The notes under the pieces were generated by a model. It searched no databases. It was not told the origin of the DNA and worked only from the letters and a program-made list of their open reading frames with translations. The position numbers and the translations under genes were made by a program. Source: Acidobacteriaceae bacterium (GTDB lineage: Bacteria; Acidobacteriota; Terriglobia; Terriglobales; Acidobacteriaceae). From it: 64,000 nt of DNA. Positions 19,682 through 28,512 of this stretch are shown here, one piece after another (the stretch's first letter is position 1; each line of letters opens with the position of its first letter). Where the stretch lies: positions 38,336-102,335 of the forward strand of contig JAYWAL010000023.1 in NCBI GenBank assembly GCA_043782485.1, given 5' to 3'.

Positions 19682-20047
19682 CTAGATACGAAGAGGCTGG
19701 AGCGTGGGTGGAGAAAAGACCGGCGGCGCGTGATTGCGTTCGGCAATCGTGCGTTCGGACGACGGAAAGACCGTCATATCCGAGTAGACTGGAAGCACGG
19801 CCAACACCACAACGTTGTGCGATAGCCCGTGCCCAAACGACGGCAGCATAAACGGAGCCTGCGCCGTCGGCATGGTCTGGCAACAATCCATGCCCTGCTT
19901 CGCGTCCATTTGCCCGTGGCGCGCACACTGCATCTCGGCGCAACACCGCATCGCCTGTTCAGGCGTCGTCATGGCCTCGCAGTCGAGCGCGTAGGTAGTG
20001 AGCGCGACTACCAGCAACCACTGCAGAGTGATGTGAGCGAAACGCAT
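19682..20047 (-). CDS. small secreted Cys/Met/His-rich protein
   Basis: Signal peptide, then AMTTPEQAMRCCAEMQCARHGQMDAKQGMDCCQTMP. It is the first gene of the apparent operon with the OMP, HMA and TlpA-like genes. Confidence 0.5.
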   Translation of the reverse strand: MRFAHITLQWLLVVALTTYALDCEAMTTPEQAMRCCAEMQCARHGQMDAKQGMDCCQTMPTAQAPFMLPSFGHGLSHNVVVLAVLPVYSDMTVFPSSERTIAERNHAPPVFSPPTLQPLRI

Positions 20048-20228
20048 CCAGCTAAACCGTAGACGGGGCAGACGGGCGGTGTCAAGAGCGCGGGCATGAT
20101 CCTCAGCCCAGCGGAGTTCCGGTTATTCACCTTTGACCCTATTTAGGATGAAAAATCCAGACTATCTTGAGGCGCGTCGACTCCGACAGCCGACAGCCGG
20201 AGGCGCATAACGGACAGACTGAAAGCGA

Positions 20229-20882
20229 TTAGTTGGCACTTCCCTTAGCGTGTCCGTTGTTGCCACCAGTTCCCTTTGTATTGATTGCCATACGCTGATA
20301 GCTGATGGCAATGCTCGACGCGTTACAGTGAGCGACGATTGCATTGTCGAGCGTATAACTGCCTCCGGGATTACGCCCACCTTTGACGATGACGCCCTTA
20401 ATTGGGGCACCATCCACTAAAGCGTTAATGGGGCAACCGGAGGATCCCGAGTTGGTACCGCCGGGGTTTGAGAAATACAAGGTCACTTCGCCCGCGCCGG
20501 AGGGTGCGATCGTCTGAGGAGAAGACGCTGCCAAACTCCCAGCTGTCTTCTTTGCGCTTTCAGTAATACCGCAAGAGGAACTGTTGCACATGGTAAAGAC
20601 TTCGCTCTTGGCAGACTTGAAACCGGCCGCGGTCAGTTGGTACGGACCTTGCGAAGACGTAACGGTCGACAGACCATCGGCGCTCTTCGTGATTTCTCCC
20701 CAACTGAATGACAATTTGTCATCGCAGTTTTGATTGCTGGCACAGTCCGGTACTGGGGTCGTAGAGCTTTTTGGGGCCTGCGCACGCGTCATAGTGCCAT
20801 CCGTTTGTGCAAGTGCCGTAACGTTCAGGATGCAGAAGATACCTGCCAAAACCAGCAAGGCAATCGAATCATGCTTTTTCAT
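20229..20882 (-). CDS. hypothetical secreted protein
   Basis: 217 aa with signal peptide MKKHDSIALLVLAGIFCILNVTALA. Ser/Gly/Thr-rich with scattered Cys. No family recognised. Confidence 0.5.
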   Translation of the reverse strand: MKKHDSIALLVLAGIFCILNVTALAQTDGTMTRAQAPKSSTTPVPDCASNQNCDDKLSFSWGEITKSADGLSTVTSSQGPYQLTAAGFKSAKSEVFTMCNSSSCGITESAKKTAGSLAASSPQTIAPSGAGEVTLYFSNPGGTNSGSSGCPINALVDGAPIKGVIVKGGRNPGGSYTLDNAIVAHCNASSIAISYQRMAINTKGTGGNNGHAKGSAN

Positions 20883-21133
20883 ATTCTCTCCTGGAAAATT
20901 CAGTGATTATTCAGCGCTGGACTGGGCATGACCCGAACAGGGTGGGGCGGACTACCAAGAGCTTGATAAATTCCTGCCTCCCAATTCAATGAATTCCATG
21001 GCGCGACGGAAAGCGACGTCAATGCAACTGTGCTTGTGGGTGCCCAGCAAGAGAATACTCCGCTTGCGCGCGACCGGTATAAGGCGGAGTAACTAATTCG
21101 ATACAGCAAAAACCGAAACACGAATGCCGCCCC

Positions 21134-22237
21134 CTATTCGTAAGCCAACGCGTCAATCGGGTCTTTCCGGGCGGCTTTGACTGCTGGGTAGATTGCGCCC
21201 AGTAGCGCTCCGATCAGGGCAATCACCGACGCGCGCGCGATCCAGTCCGCCGTCAGCAGCATTGGAACCAAGTGAAAACGGTGCGTTAACAGGAACTTGG
21301 CGAAGTAGCTGATGGCGATCCCGAGCGCGATCCCGGCCACGGCCAGCAACATCGTCTCGCGCAGGATCACGTTCAAAATGTAACCGCGCGAGGCACCCAT
21401 CGATTTCAGAATTCCGATTTCGCGTGTGCGCTCCATCACCGCCGCATACATGGACTGGAAGATCACCATGAAGCCGATCACCATGGCAATGCCGACGACG
21501 ATCTTGATAAACAGATTAAAGCCGGGCAGGTGTTCCGGCGTCATCAAGGCCAGGAATTCGGTCATGGAACGCACCGAATAGGTTTCCATTCCCGGAGTGC
21601 TCTTGACCGCTTTGACGACCTCATCGGCATTCCTGGGGTCGTCGAGGTGTACGTAAAACACCGAAACCTTGCCAGCCGCACCGGTTAAATCCTGCATGGT
21701 GGAGAGTTGCAGGAAACGCCGCGCGCCTTTGCCGTGCTCCACAATTCCGCAAATGCGGAATTGGTTGTTCAGTACTTCCACGGAGTCGCCGATCCTGGAA
21801 TGGTGGTCGCTGGCAAACTTATCGTCCACGATCATGTCATTGGCATTTTGAAACGGCCCCCCGGCAAGGTAGGTGAACGGGCTACCCAAACTTTCATAGC
21901 TAGCCAGGTCAATGCCGTAGATGACTTCCAGCGAGCCAGCATTAATCAGCTGCCACATGATGGGAGAGACCACCGTCACGTGCGGCAATTTGGCCACCAC
22001 CTCGCCAATCTTGACCGACATCGGCGCCGTGGTAAACCCGACCAGATTGCTGGACCCCGGCGGCTGCACCATCAGGTCCGCGCCAATGCCCGCCTGACGC
22101 GTCTTCGAGTCGTTGAGCATGCCATAGGAAAAACCCGCAATCAGCAGAATGAGCGCGACTTCCATGGCAATGGCCAGAATGCTGATGAGGGTTCGCAGCG
22201 GGCGATGAACGAAATTCGAGATGACAAGATGGTTCAT
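21134..22237 (-). CDS. ABC transporter permease, FtsX/MacB/LolC-like
   Basis: 367 aa. N-terminal TM helix (FVHRPLRTLISILAIAMEVALILL), a periplasmic domain, then a C-terminal FtsX-type 3-TM domain with REIGILKSMGASRGYI. No ATPase partner is adjacent. Confidence 0.8.
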   Translation of the reverse strand: MNHLVISNFVHRPLRTLISILAIAMEVALILLIAGFSYGMLNDSKTRQAGIGADLMVQPPGSSNLVGFTTAPMSVKIGEVVAKLPHVTVVSPIMWQLINAGSLEVIYGIDLASYESLGSPFTYLAGGPFQNANDMIVDDKFASDHHSRIGDSVEVLNNQFRICGIVEHGKGARRFLQLSTMQDLTGAAGKVSVFYVHLDDPRNADEVVKAVKSTPGMETYSVRSMTEFLALMTPEHLPGFNLFIKIVVGIAMVIGFMVIFQSMYAAVMERTREIGILKSMGASRGYILNVILRETMLLAVAGIALGIAISYFAKFLLTHRFHLVPMLLTADWIARASVIALIGALLGAIYPAVKAARKDPIDALAYE

Positions 22238-22264
22238 GAAAGTGGTGGAACGAGTGTAGCAAAG

Positions 22265-22324
22265 GTCAGCTGATAGCTATCAGCCGTCAGCTATCAGCTA
22301 AAAAGCTCTTGCTGATGGCTGACA
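22265..22324. repeat. heptad array gtcagct gatagct atcagcc gtcagct atcagct, spacer, then inverted gctgatg gctgaca
   Basis: Read directly from the sequence. It fills the gap between the lipoprotein gene stop (22328) and the permease start (22237). Confidence 0.85.
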
Positions 22325-22327
22325 ACT

Positions 22328-23248
22328 CTACTGCGATTCCGGCGTCCGCACCTTGGCTGGTGGCTCGCCGAGATGTTTTACCTCGGCTCCTGGTGGCTGT
22401 GCCAGCGCGAATTGTTCGTCGGTCAGCGCGCCGTTGAGTTGCAGCTTCACCACGCTGAGCACAATGTCGTATTCCTCGCGGGGTCGGCGAATTTCAATCT
22501 GGGAGGGAAACTGAATGCCGTCGTAGTCTTTGTAATTTTCGTAGTGGGCGTCGGTGGCCAGGTTGCCGAGGTCGTCGAAGACCAGTTGCCGGTGCGGCAA
22601 TAAATCGGTGCGGCTGAAAATGATCTTGCGCGAAAGAAACCAGCCCCGCTCGCCTTTGCGGACAATGTCCAGGTGGTAAGCGCCCTGCTCAACTTGCCGC
22701 CCATCCTTGTCGCGGACGATTTCCTCGTCGTTTTCTAAAACGGCAATTTCCTTTTCCGGGTCCACTTCGCGGAGCAGCAGGGCATCGTAAATATGCTGCG
22801 GGCGCAAGTTCTCCAGCGACTGCTTGCCATCACTGGAAGGCTGGTCGTTCTTGCCAACCAGGAAGTGATTTTTGGTGGGGATCCAGAGTTTAAAATCCTG
22901 GCCGTTGCTGACCATATCGAAGGCTGTGTTGCGCACCACCGGCATCAGGCCAATCATGCGCAGCATGGCGGGCTTGCGGGCCAGGACATAGCCGCGAATC
23001 TGCTGGTAGTCGGTGACTTTGCCTTTTTTTGCCCCGCCTACGGTGGTATCGATGTCGACCGTGGCCTGCATGGAGCGCACCTTGGCGGCCTCGCGGTTCA
23101 CGTAGTCCACCAGCTCCTGCTGCGTGGCGGTTTTCAGGGGCACGTCGGAGACTACCCGCTCAACCTTATGGGCGCGAAACAGGCAGCCCGACAGGGAAGC
23201 GGCCAGGACCGTGGCCAGAACCAGACGAATTGGCGCAGAAAACCGCAT
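22328..23248 (-). CDS. lipoprotein, possibly LolA/LolB-fold (tentative)
   Basis: Lipobox LAASLSGC. 306 aa. The function is guessed only from size, composition and its position next to the Lol/MacB-like permease. Confidence 0.4.
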   Translation of the reverse strand: MRFSAPIRLVLATVLAASLSGCLFRAHKVERVVSDVPLKTATQQELVDYVNREAAKVRSMQATVDIDTTVGGAKKGKVTDYQQIRGYVLARKPAMLRMIGLMPVVRNTAFDMVSNGQDFKLWIPTKNHFLVGKNDQPSSDGKQSLENLRPQHIYDALLLREVDPEKEIAVLENDEEIVRDKDGRQVEQGAYHLDIVRKGERGWFLSRKIIFSRTDLLPHRQLVFDDLGNLATDAHYENYKDYDGIQFPSQIEIRRPREEYDIVLSVVKLQLNGALTDEQFALAQPPGAEVKHLGEPPAKVRTPESQ

Positions 23249-23300
23249 TCAGACGAACCTCTAGTATAGCTTGCTGGAGGAAGTATTGAAAGGAAAGGAC

Positions 23301-24290
23301 TTAGCGGCGCAGGGCGACGGTCTTCCGAAATGCAACTACATTTCGATTGTGTTCACTTAGATTGTGGGCGAAGCGGTGGTGGCCGTGCCCATCGCTGACG
23401 AAGTAGTAGAAGTCGGAGGTCGCGGGGTGCATGGCGGCTTCGAGCGCCAGACGTCCTGGGTTGCCAATCGGCCCAGGCGGGAGGCCAGCATAGCGATAGG
23501 TGTTGTAAGGAGAGTTGATCCACATATCCGAGTGGTGCAGCGCGCCCGAATACGTGCCGTTGAGTAAATGTGCATAAATCACGCTGGGATCGGCGTCCAA
23601 CGCGATTTTCTTGTTCAGGCGGTTGTAGTAAACGGAGGCGACCATGCCGCGCTCTTGGGACGCGCCCGTTTCTTTCTCCACGATGGATGCCATGGTCACG
23701 ATCCGCGGGACATCCTGCGTATTGGCCAGATCCAGCGCGACGGCTTCTTTGCGGAAGCGGCGGACCATTGTTTCCACGATGTCCTTCATGCCCTGCGTTC
23801 GGGTGAACTGGTAGGTATCTGGGAAAAGGTAGCCTTCGAGGGAGCCCGCCTGCGGGGCGAAATCTTCGATCAGGTTGGTCTGCCCGCGAGCTTGTTTCAG
23901 GAATTCGTCACGGGAGCCGAGTCCGGCCTCTTCCACGGCGTCGGCGATGTCAAACATGGTGTAGCCCTCGGGCACGACCACGGTGCGGACGAGGAAATCG
24001 CCACGGACGATGCGCTCGGTGACCTCGCGGGTGTCGGCGGAAGTGGAGAAAAGATATTCGCCCGCCTTCAGTCGCTCCCGGTTGTGCAGTCGGTGCCAGA
24101 TCACGAACGCGGTAGCATTGCGGATGACGCCAGCGGATTGCAGCTCAACGGCAATGCGGTGCACGCTCCAGCCGGGGTGCAAAAATACCGTTTTTTGCCC
24201 CTCGGGCTGGAGAGGGAGATAGACCATGGCCGCAACCCAAGCGGCGACGCCGAGAATCCCGAGGAACAACAATGCGAAAAGTTTCTTCAC
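23301..24290 (-). CDS. mltG: endolytic murein transglycosylase MltG (YceG-like)
   Basis: 329 aa. N-terminal TM helix, then ...ASIVEKETGASQERGMVASVYYNRL...LDADPSVIY...YNTYRYAGLPPGPIGNPG, the typical YceG motifs. Confidence 0.9.
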   Translation of the reverse strand: MKKLFALLFLGILGVAAWVAAMVYLPLQPEGQKTVFLHPGWSVHRIAVELQSAGVIRNATAFVIWHRLHNRERLKAGEYLFSTSADTREVTERIVRGDFLVRTVVVPEGYTMFDIADAVEEAGLGSRDEFLKQARGQTNLIEDFAPQAGSLEGYLFPDTYQFTRTQGMKDIVETMVRRFRKEAVALDLANTQDVPRIVTMASIVEKETGASQERGMVASVYYNRLNKKIALDADPSVIYAHLLNGTYSGALHHSDMWINSPYNTYRYAGLPPGPIGNPGRLALEAAMHPATSDFYYFVSDGHGHHRFAHNLSEHNRNVVAFRKTVALRR

Positions 24291-24415
24291 GCTGGTTTCA
24301 AAGTCGGCATCGAATGGAAACTGGGGCTGCTAACACACTCAGTTTAGACGACTTCCGCAGGCTGGAGCACGCCCCGCCGGTCGTAGGACGAAAGTTCTAC
24401 AGCGGTGTCTAAATT

Positions 24416-24445
24416 CCTGTAGGCCTATCGCCTGTAGGCCTATCG
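24416..24445. promoter_or_regulatory. tandem 15-bp boxes, each containing the palindrome TAGGCCTA
   Basis: cctgtaggcctatcg repeated twice back to back. It lies about 50 nt upstream of ORF 24497..26242. Confidence 0.25.
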
Positions 24446-24496
24446 AGAGTTGCGCCAGGTGGGGCTTGGGCCACAGAATCGAATACGGAGCCGATT

Positions 24497-26242
24497 TTGA
24501 GAATACGCACCCAGACCGGAAGTTGGCGATTGCCCAGTGCTCATCGGGTTGCAAGACCGCGCCGAGCCGCTGCGTGGATTTTGCTGCTTGCGGGGTGGTG
24601 CGGCGGCAGGCTAGGCGTAGCGCAGGAAGCCCCGAGCGAACAGGGGGACAGTCTGCAAGGGGTAGTCCTAAATAGCGTTACCCGAGAGCCGGTGGCGCGG
24701 GCGCTGGTTTCCTCGCCGGACAGCCACTTCGCGACCATGACCGATACCCAGGGACACTTCGCCTTGAAGCTACCCAGCCTGGGCGACGCCGCGAATCGGC
24801 CTACGGCTTTGTTCCCCCGCAAACCTGGATACATCACCGATATCAGCCAAAATTCGCAGCTGGATATAGCCACCAAAGAAATGACGCTCACGCTCACTCC
24901 GGAAGCGATGATTGTCGGCCACGTCTCGCTGGGGTCGGCCGAGGCGGCCGACAAGATGGATGTCGAAATCTATCGCCGTCAGGTGCAGATGCAGGATGGG
25001 CGTGGACAGTGGATCTCAGCCGGGCAAACCACCAGCCGCTCGAATGGCGAGTTTCGCTTTGCCGACTTGCCCGCGGGAACTTACAAGCTGATGACCCATG
25101 AGCAGCTGGATCTTGACCAGCCCGTAGCGGCCCCGGATACCGCGCAACTGTTTGGCTATGCGCCGGTTTATTTTCCGGAGGCCAAGGACTTTGCCGGATC
25201 AGAAATCATCACGCTCGCGGCGGGGCAAACGTTTGAGGCGGATCTTTCCGTGACGCGTCAGCCCTATTATCCGGTGAAGGTAGCGGTGACAAATGTTTCG
25301 GCGGTCGGGGTTGCGGTCAGCGTTTCCCCGGCGGCCAGCCTGGGACCGGGCTATGCCCTGGGCTACAACCAGCAAACGCACACAATTGAAGGGCTGCTTC
25401 CCTCGGGAGTGTATTCGCTGCGGGCGTTTGGGTTCGCGGCTCCGTTAACCGCGGGGGAGCTGTCGTTCACGGTACACGATGCTCCTTATGTCACCGGCAA
25501 AATGACCCTGGTGCCGGCGCAATCCATCAGCATCAACGTTAAAAAAGAGTTCAGCACGCCAGACGAAACGGAAACCGAGGAATCAACGGGCCCGGTGGTG
25601 CAACTGCGCGGGCTGCGGCGCTACCTGAATGTGACGCTCGAACCAGCCGACGACTTTGCCCAACAAGGTGCCGTCGGCTTGCGGCCCCCTACGAACCACA
25701 ATGATGAGTCGCTGGTAGTTGATGGTGTGGCCCCAGGGCGGTACCGAGTGAGCCTCGAAACGTCGCGCGGATATGCGTCGTCGGTGATGTCCGGAGGCGT
25801 GGATTTGCTGCGGCAGCCGCTTGTGGTGGGGGACGGCTCGAGTTCTCCCATTGAAATTACGCTGCGCGATGACAGCGCGCAGATTGAAGGCAAAGTGGAA
25901 GGCGCGGACCCGGCCTTGAGCGCTGGCAACATTCTGGCTGCATCGATGCTGGGCGTGAATCCTCCGGGCGCGCGCACGATTTTTGCCTATGTCTATTTCG
26001 TTCCACTTCCGGATAGTTCGGGAAAGTTCGCGGAGGTGCCGGTGGCCCCGGATGGAACGTTTACTTCGCCGGAACTGCCGCCCGCCACCTATCGAGTGCT
26101 GGCCTTCAAACGTCCAGCTACGGATTTGGAATACAGAAATCCCGAGGCGATGCGCGCCTATGAAGCGCAAGGCCAGGTGGTGCAATTGACGGGCGGCCAA
26201 AAAGAACATGTGACGCTGCAATTGGTCACGAAAGGCGAGTGA
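24497..26242 (+). CDS. secreted carboxypeptidase-regulatory-like (CarboxypepD_reg) repeat protein
   Basis: 581 aa. LQGVVLNSVTREPVARALV...TDTQGHFAL and later GTYKLM/GVYSLRA/GRYRVS/ATYRVL strands are typical of Ig-like CarboxypepD_reg modules. The exact start is uncertain. Confidence 0.6.
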   Translation: MRIRTQTGSWRLPSAHRVARPRRAAAWILLLAGWCGGRLGVAQEAPSEQGDSLQGVVLNSVTREPVARALVSSPDSHFATMTDTQGHFALKLPSLGDAANRPTALFPRKPGYITDISQNSQLDIATKEMTLTLTPEAMIVGHVSLGSAEAADKMDVEIYRRQVQMQDGRGQWISAGQTTSRSNGEFRFADLPAGTYKLMTHEQLDLDQPVAAPDTAQLFGYAPVYFPEAKDFAGSEIITLAAGQTFEADLSVTRQPYYPVKVAVTNVSAVGVAVSVSPAASLGPGYALGYNQQTHTIEGLLPSGVYSLRAFGFAAPLTAGELSFTVHDAPYVTGKMTLVPAQSISINVKKEFSTPDETETEESTGPVVQLRGLRRYLNVTLEPADDFAQQGAVGLRPPTNHNDESLVVDGVAPGRYRVSLETSRGYASSVMSGGVDLLRQPLVVGDGSSSPIEITLRDDSAQIEGKVEGADPALSAGNILAASMLGVNPPGARTIFAYVYFVPLPDSSGKFAEVPVAPDGTFTSPELPPATYRVLAFKRPATDLEYRNPEAMRAYEAQGQVVQLTGGQKEHVTLQLVTKGE

Positions 26243-27918
26243 GGATGCTGAAATTCTCCAAATCGCTTTGTGGTTGGTTCGGCGTGGCCGACGCGTTACT
26301 GCTCGCTTCTCTGCTGGCTCCCGCGCGGCTGGTGGCTCAGGCTAAACCCACTGCGGGAACTGCAACAACGACATTCCGCGTAGCCGGAACCGTCGTCAAC
26401 TCCAACACTGCTCAGCCCCTGGCGCGGGTTCAGATTTCTCTCACCAATACGAAAGACCCCAAAGATACGAGAGACATGACCACAGCCGCTGACGGCCATT
26501 TCCAATTCCAGGTCAAGCCCGGCAAGTATTCGCTGCAAGGGTCCAAACACGGCTTCGTTACGTTTGCCTATGAGCAACACGAGAATTTTTGGACTGCCAT
26601 CGTCCCTGGCGCGGGTGTCGACACGGAAAATCTGATCTTTCGGCTCCCCCCGGCTGCGACCATCACCGGCCGAGTGGTCGACGATGTGGGCGATCCGGTT
26701 CGCGGCGCAGCCGTCACGGTGTTCCGAGAAGACCACAGCACCGGTGCCAGCCACATCCAAAGGGCGTTCAATGCCGTCACCGACGACCAAGGCACCTACG
26801 AACTCACCCCACTCGCCGCCGGAACTTACTATGTTGGCGCGCAGGCGCAGCCCTGGTATGCGGTGCATCCTTTGACGTCTCAAGCAGTTGCGGCCCAATA
26901 CCAGGTCGACCGCAATTTGGACGTGGCCTTTCCGATGAGCTTCTACAAAGAAGCCACCGAGGCCGACGACGCCACACCCATCCCGATTCGCGCCGGAGAT
27001 CGCGCTCAAGTCGACCTTCCCATGACCCCGGTTCCCGCGCTGCACTTGTTGATTCACGCGCGGCCCGACTCTCCTCGCGGGATGGTCCAGCCCAACCTGC
27101 AAAAGCCGCTCTTCGATGGCAACTCAGAACCCGTCAACGCGCTGGCGGAACTCGTTTCGCCCGGTTCCTATGAGATGACAGGCATCGCGGCGGGTAAGTA
27201 CCTGGTCCAATCTCGTAACACAGAAAATGGCATCGTCAAAGATGCGGGCGAAGTCTTCCTCAATGCGGATGGGCAGGTGCTAGACAGCTCGGGCGGAGCG
27301 GCCACAGGCTCGGTCCGGATCGCTGCGCAGGTACGCGGCCTAACGAAGTTGCCCGACCAACTTCTCCTGGCCCTGCGGAACACTCAGGGGCGAGTGCTGC
27401 CGGGAGTCGAGGTGAATGACCACGGCGAGGCTGACTTCGCAGCGATCGCACCCGGCAAGTACGATATTGTGGCGGGATCTCCGGCGAAGATTTATTCCAT
27501 TTTGAGAATCACGTCAGAAGGCAAGACCCTTTCCGGCCACACCATCACCATCACTTCGGGCGCGTCGCTGAAGGTTTCCGCGGCGCTAGTGGGTGGCGCG
27601 GTCACGGTGGAAGGCTTCGCCAAAAAACAAGGGAAGCCCGCGCCGGTCGCCATGATCGTTCTCGTCCCCAGCGACCCCGAAGTCAATCTGGACCTGTTCC
27701 GCCGCGACCAGAGCGACCTGGACGGCAGCTTCGCCCTTCAGCAGGTGATCCCGGGAACCTACACCATCCTAGCCATTGAAGATGGCTGGGATCTGGATTG
27801 GGCCAAGCCCGCCGTGATTGAAAGCTACCGCCAACATGGGCAGAAGATCGTGATCGGAGATACAGCCAAAGGCTTCGTGCGCTTGTCGTCCGCCGTGGAA
27901 GTGCAGCCGCGGCTGTAA
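26239..27918 (+). CDS. secreted carboxypeptidase-regulatory-like repeat protein
   Basis: 559 aa with a signal peptide. FRVAGTVVNSNTAQPLARVQISLTN...ADGHFQFQVKPGKYSLQGSKHGF and ITGRVVDDVGDPVRGAAVTVF...TDDQGTYELTPLAAGTYYV. The start overlaps the previous stop (ATGA-type overlap). Confidence 0.7.
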   Translation: MRMLKFSKSLCGWFGVADALLLASLLAPARLVAQAKPTAGTATTTFRVAGTVVNSNTAQPLARVQISLTNTKDPKDTRDMTTAADGHFQFQVKPGKYSLQGSKHGFVTFAYEQHENFWTAIVPGAGVDTENLIFRLPPAATITGRVVDDVGDPVRGAAVTVFREDHSTGASHIQRAFNAVTDDQGTYELTPLAAGTYYVGAQAQPWYAVHPLTSQAVAAQYQVDRNLDVAFPMSFYKEATEADDATPIPIRAGDRAQVDLPMTPVPALHLLIHARPDSPRGMVQPNLQKPLFDGNSEPVNALAELVSPGSYEMTGIAAGKYLVQSRNTENGIVKDAGEVFLNADGQVLDSSGGAATGSVRIAAQVRGLTKLPDQLLLALRNTQGRVLPGVEVNDHGEADFAAIAPGKYDIVAGSPAKIYSILRITSEGKTLSGHTITITSGASLKVSAALVGGAVTVEGFAKKQGKPAPVAMIVLVPSDPEVNLDLFRRDQSDLDGSFALQQVIPGTYTILAIEDGWDLDWAKPAVIESYRQHGQKIVIGDTAKGFVRLSSAVEVQPRL

Positions 27919-27928
27919 CGGCGGACGA

Positions 27929-28414
27929 TCACACCTGGTCTGGCGGAAACGCTTCCCTGCGGCTGCGCGTCTCCATCCAAGCCTGCAAAATCAGCACGGC
28001 CGCCAGGCGGTCCACCGCTTTGGCGCGCTTTTCGCTGCTGATTTCGGACTCGCGCAAGACTCGATTCGCTTCGGTCGAGGTCAGCCGCTCGTCGAACAAA
28101 TGCACAGGAATCTGGAAGTGTTTCTCCAGTTCGGCGGCAAACAGAGTCATCTTTTCCGCCTGGATACCGACCTCGCCGCTCAGCCGCAACGGGTAGCCGA
28201 CCACCAGTTCCACAACTTCATACCGCCGCAAGACGCTCTCCAGTTGCGCGAAATCCGTGCGCTTGTTCTTGCGCTGGATGGTGTCGAGGCCCTGCGCTGT
28301 AATGCCCAAGGGATCCGTGACAGCAACGCCGATGCGACGCGCGCCCACATCGAGCGCAAGCACACGTCCGCGAAGCGGGGGATTCTGAAAAGTTTGGGAA
28401 GATAATTCGGACAC
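27929..28414 (-). CDS. ruvX: Holliday junction resolvase-like nuclease RuvX/YqgF
   Basis: 161 aa. VLALDVGARRIGVAVTD...ELVVGYPL...VHLFDERLTS are the canonical YqgF motifs. Confidence 0.9.
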   Translation of the reverse strand: MSELSSQTFQNPPLRGRVLALDVGARRIGVAVTDPLGITAQGLDTIQRKNKRTDFAQLESVLRRYEVVELVVGYPLRLSGEVGIQAEKMTLFAAELEKHFQIPVHLFDERLTSTEANRVLRESEISSEKRAKAVDRLAAVLILQAWMETRSRREAFPPDQV

Positions 28415-28440
28415 TGCTCGTGATTATAGCCAGCGCCCAG

Positions 28441-28468
28441 GCTGATAGCCGATAGCTAACAGCCGACG
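28441..28468. repeat. heptad array gctgata gccgata gctaaca gccgacg
   Basis: Same family as 14388, 16331, 18617 and 22265. Located in the carD-ruvX intergenic gap. Confidence 0.7.
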
Positions 28469-28469
28469 G

Positions 28470-28512
28470 TTCGCTTTTACGCTTCGCTTTTACGCTTCGC
28501 TTTTACGCTTCG
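28470..28512. repeat. 13-bp tandem repeat x3.3 (ttcgcttttacgc)
   Basis: Three perfect units at 28470-28508 plus 4 bp. The last unit contains the carD stop codon (TAA at 28503-28505 on the minus strand). Confidence 0.9.

Noticed and set aside
28470-28512. Short tandem repeats (13-bp x3 here, 15-bp x3 at 38238, 15-bp x2 at 24416, and the heptad arrays) as CRISPR arrays.
   Set aside because: The units are contiguous with no unique spacers and are far shorter than CRISPR repeats. No cas genes are present in the window.
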